Source: a virus (taxonomy: Duplodnaviria; Heunggongvirae; Uroviricota; Caudoviricetes). From it: a stretch of 64,000 nt of DNA. Position 1 is the first letter of the stretch, and each line of letters starts with the position of its first letter. The notes below the pieces were generated by a model. It saw only the letters and a list, made by a program, of their open reading frames with translations, was not told the origin of the DNA and did not search any database. Shown here one piece after another: positions 61,915 through 64,000 of the stretch. The position numbers and the translations under genes are program-made. The stretch lies in the IMG/VR virus record IMGVR_UViG_3300045049_000270; one strand, 5' to 3'.

Positions 61915-62483
61915 TGGATGCATTTGACGGCGTACCAATCAGCTATGTACCGAACTGGATTTCGAACCCAGACGAAGTATTCAAGACACTTTGGAATGAG
62001 CTTGATTGGGTACGACATGAAAATGTGCCACGTCGAGAATACTATTGTAGCAGTTCAGGCGAACCGTACACGTATGGTTCTGGCCGGGGCATCCGCACGT
62101 ATTGTTCGCAGCCATGGCATCCACTTATTACCAAGATGACTGAAGACCTTGCATTGTATGCAAGCGAGCAGTATGAAGTCGTTTTCTTGAATGGATACGA
62201 TCACGGTTTGGACCATCTAGGGTGGCATGCTGACGACAGTCCTGAAATGGATGATGCACGAAGCATTGCTATCATCAGCTTAGGTGCTGAGCGTGACATT
62301 CTGTTCCGTCCGAACAACGACACAACCAAAGTCACTAGGGTCAAGCTTCAGAACGGGAGTTTGTGCTTGATGCATCCTGGTATGCAGGATTCACACATGC
62401 ATCGAATTCCGAAGAGCGATCGTGGGGCCAGTTGTCCACCGAGAATCAGCTTAACTTTTCGTGGTTATGTTGACATCAAGTAA
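61914..62483 (+). CDS. alkB: AlkB-family 2OG-Fe(II) dioxygenase
   Basis: LNGY..LGWHADD, SLGAERDILFR, MHRIPK, RISLTFR. Confidence 0.9.
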   Translation: MDAFDGVPISYVPNWISNPDEVFKTLWNELDWVRHENVPRREYYCSSSGEPYTYGSGRGIRTYCSQPWHPLITKMTEDLALYASEQYEVVFLNGYDHGLDHLGWHADDSPEMDDARSIAIISLGAERDILFRPNNDTTKVTRVKLQNGSLCLMHPGMQDSHMHRIPKSDRGASCPPRISLTFRGYVDIK

Positions 62484-62523
62484 CCTTGCGTTGGTCTTCA
62501 TATGAAGCTACACTATAGCCAGT

Positions 62524-62835
62524 ATGACTACCAACGGAGGTTATATGAGTGGACTTCAGCAAGCGTTTACTACGTGGGCATATGAGCAGACCGCCAAAGT
62601 TGGTTTGAACCCTTCAGAGGTAATACTCGACGATGGTCGAATTTTGTTTGTATTCGATCGTCTGCAAGATGCAAGTAAAATGCAAGAATTGAAGCAAGCT
62701 TGCATTGACAGTGACTTCATTCATGAGCCGTTCGTGTTGAACACGGTCGAAGACACTTCGACCCAAGATGCAGAAAATCAAGGCGAAATTGTATGGTCGT
62801 TGGGAATTCATAACAAAGAACTTGATGTTAGCTAA
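62524..62835 (+). CDS. hypothetical protein
   Basis: 103 aa. Confidence 0.6.
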   Translation: MTTNGGYMSGLQQAFTTWAYEQTAKVGLNPSEVILDDGRILFVFDRLQDASKMQELKQACIDSDFIHEPFVLNTVEDTSTQDAENQGEIVWSLGIHNKELDVS

Positions 62836-63103
62836 TAAAATCTGGGATACACCAAGTGTATGCATTTGCGATCATTCAGTCTGCTCCTGTGATAAACAGG
62901 AACAAGTAGTTCGCAACGTTGCAGCAGGAATTGTGAAGTTTGACCATAATCAACGAACGATGTTGATTATGGAGTTGACATCAGGTTTGTTTGTAGATCA
63001 TGCTCCGCTAAGGATTCAATTGGTAAATATGAGTGATGCAGATTTGGCGAATACAGCATTGCTAGTATGGTGGTCGTATTACCGTTCTTTATCGCCCCAA
63101 TAG
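62825..63103 (+). CDS. hypothetical protein
   Basis: ATG 62825 in the track ORF frame. Confidence 0.45.
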   Translation: MLANKIWDTPSVCICDHSVCSCDKQEQVVRNVAAGIVKFDHNQRTMLIMELTSGLFVDHAPLRIQLVNMSDADLANTALLVWWSYYRSLSPQ

Positions 63104-63170
63104 CTCAGTGGATAGAGTGCCGTCTTCCGAAGGCGTGAGGTCGGGGGTTCGAATCCCTCTTGGGGTACCA
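63094..63170 (+). tRNA. tRNA-Arg(CCG)
   Basis: TT-CCG-AA, CCA. Confidence 0.88.
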
Positions 63171-63181
63171 ACAAAAAGGAT

Positions 63182-63471
63182 ATGAAAATGGCACATGCAA
63201 TCGTTATCAAATCGCGACGTTATCAAGCCGGATGGGAAATTCTGCATGGGCACGAAAGCCGTACCGTAAAAGAGATGCGGGCATATTCCAAAAAAAATTT
63301 GGTGGTTTTGCCAAAGTAGTGAAACTACCGTTCGACATTAATGATCCATCAAACAAAGATTACAAAACAAAATCACACAATGAAAGTGTAACGAGTGGTA
63401 AGCCAGGGTTTAGTCAAGAAGCTTTATTGGACGTTCTAAATGCTTTGGAAGCAGCGAGAAACAGTATATGA
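63182..63471 (+). pseudogene. hypothetical gene split at an A8 run
   Basis: ATG 63182 after AAGGA; frames join at 63290-63297. Confidence 0.5.
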
Positions 63472-63824
63472 AATATGTTTACAAGTTGATGAACTATGGA
63501 AAGTTCACAGATTTAAAGCATTATCTTAATGATTTGTGCCATCAGAGAGACCTCAAGTGTTATATTTTAGATGGCAATACCAAACTGCCCGATACACTGC
63601 AAAATAGGACTGACTCTTACAAATTCAAAGATGGTAAAAGAGTGTTTGAATATTGTGGTGGCAAATGGAATATGAAATATATTCAACATTTTTGTTTTGA
63701 TGCTGATACACAAATGATTGGTACACATGGTGAAGTATTGCTCACAATGCACGGTGACTTTGCAGTTAATTGCATTTTGCTGATGCCATCAGAATTAAAA
63801 ACTGTAGTTCAGCGAATCGCATAG
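63468..63824 (+). CDS. hypothetical protein
   Basis: ATGA overlap, 118 aa. Confidence 0.65.
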   Translation: MKYVYKLMNYGKFTDLKHYLNDLCHQRDLKCYILDGNTKLPDTLQNRTDSYKFKDGKRVFEYCGGKWNMKYIQHFCFDADTQMIGTHGEVLLTMHGDFAVNCILLMPSELKTVVQRIA

Positions 63825-63891
63825 CAAAATGGGGAGCAATTGCTCCCCATTTTCATTCTTGCTATAATTAGAAGAAAAAGCGAGATAATAA

Positions 63892-64000
63892 ATGTTTAGT
63901 AAATTCGATTTCAATTTGATTGATGAATATCAAATTGAGGTCACGACTTATTGCAATGCCGCTTGTCCACAATGTCCTAGAAATATAAATGGCACTAGTA
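63892..64000 (+). CDS. radical SAM protein (5' part, runs off the window)
   Basis: EVTTYCNAACPQCPR CxxxCxxC motif. Confidence 0.8.
   Translation, partial: MFSKFDFNLIDEYQIEVTTYCNAACPQCPRNINGTS

Noticed and set aside
56-63833. Most minus-strand ORFs opposite long plus-strand genes
   Set aside because: Antisense shadows caused by codon bias; only 26526-27152 occupies its own space.
1-64000. Genome-wide stop-codon reassignment (TAG or TGA)
   Set aside because: Long genes are intact in code 11, several end in TAG or TGA, only one in-frame TAG was seen, and there is no suppressor tRNA.

Overview
Window from a jumbo/large dsDNA phage genome (almost everything on the + strand; IF-1, the YadA-type adhesin and the glycoside hydrolase look Betaproteobacteria/Burkholderiales-like, which is my inference for the host). 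It has three parts. (1) 1-23.5 kb: accessory genes (trimeric autotransporter adhesin, DEDDh nuclease, a paralog family ending in an AxxFKL motif, AAA ATPase, infA, glycoside hydrolase, nucleoside deoxyribosyltransferase-like protein, AAA-M41 protease) and two ncRNA islands (14.3-15.35 kb, 18.9-19.6 kb). (2) 24-38 kb: a very dense RNA operon. The window as a whole has about 52 tRNA genes covering all 20 amino acids, most of them here, interleaved with many non-tRNA structured RNAs. (3) 38-64 kb: small early-type genes with a repeated promoter motif, scattered tRNAs, PepA, thioesterase, AlkB, an RNA-repair receiver domain and a radical SAM start. The most striking signal is an apparent translation-surveillance and decoy system. 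A 49-codon leader containing all 20 amino acids, with mutually exclusive antiterminator and terminator helices, sits at the head of the tRNA operon. A 14-codon Lys-containing leader controls a hairpin that masks the 5' end of tRNA-Lys(UUU). There is a near-exact mimic of the 23S rRNA L11/GTPase-centre domain with a ~200-nt insert. There are about 13 Y-RNA-like elements, three of them with YrlA-type permuted tRNA domains, plus several anticodon-less or giant-arm tRNA-like RNAs and two anti-Shine-Dalgarno sRNA candidates. All structures were read by eye; no folding or database searches were run.
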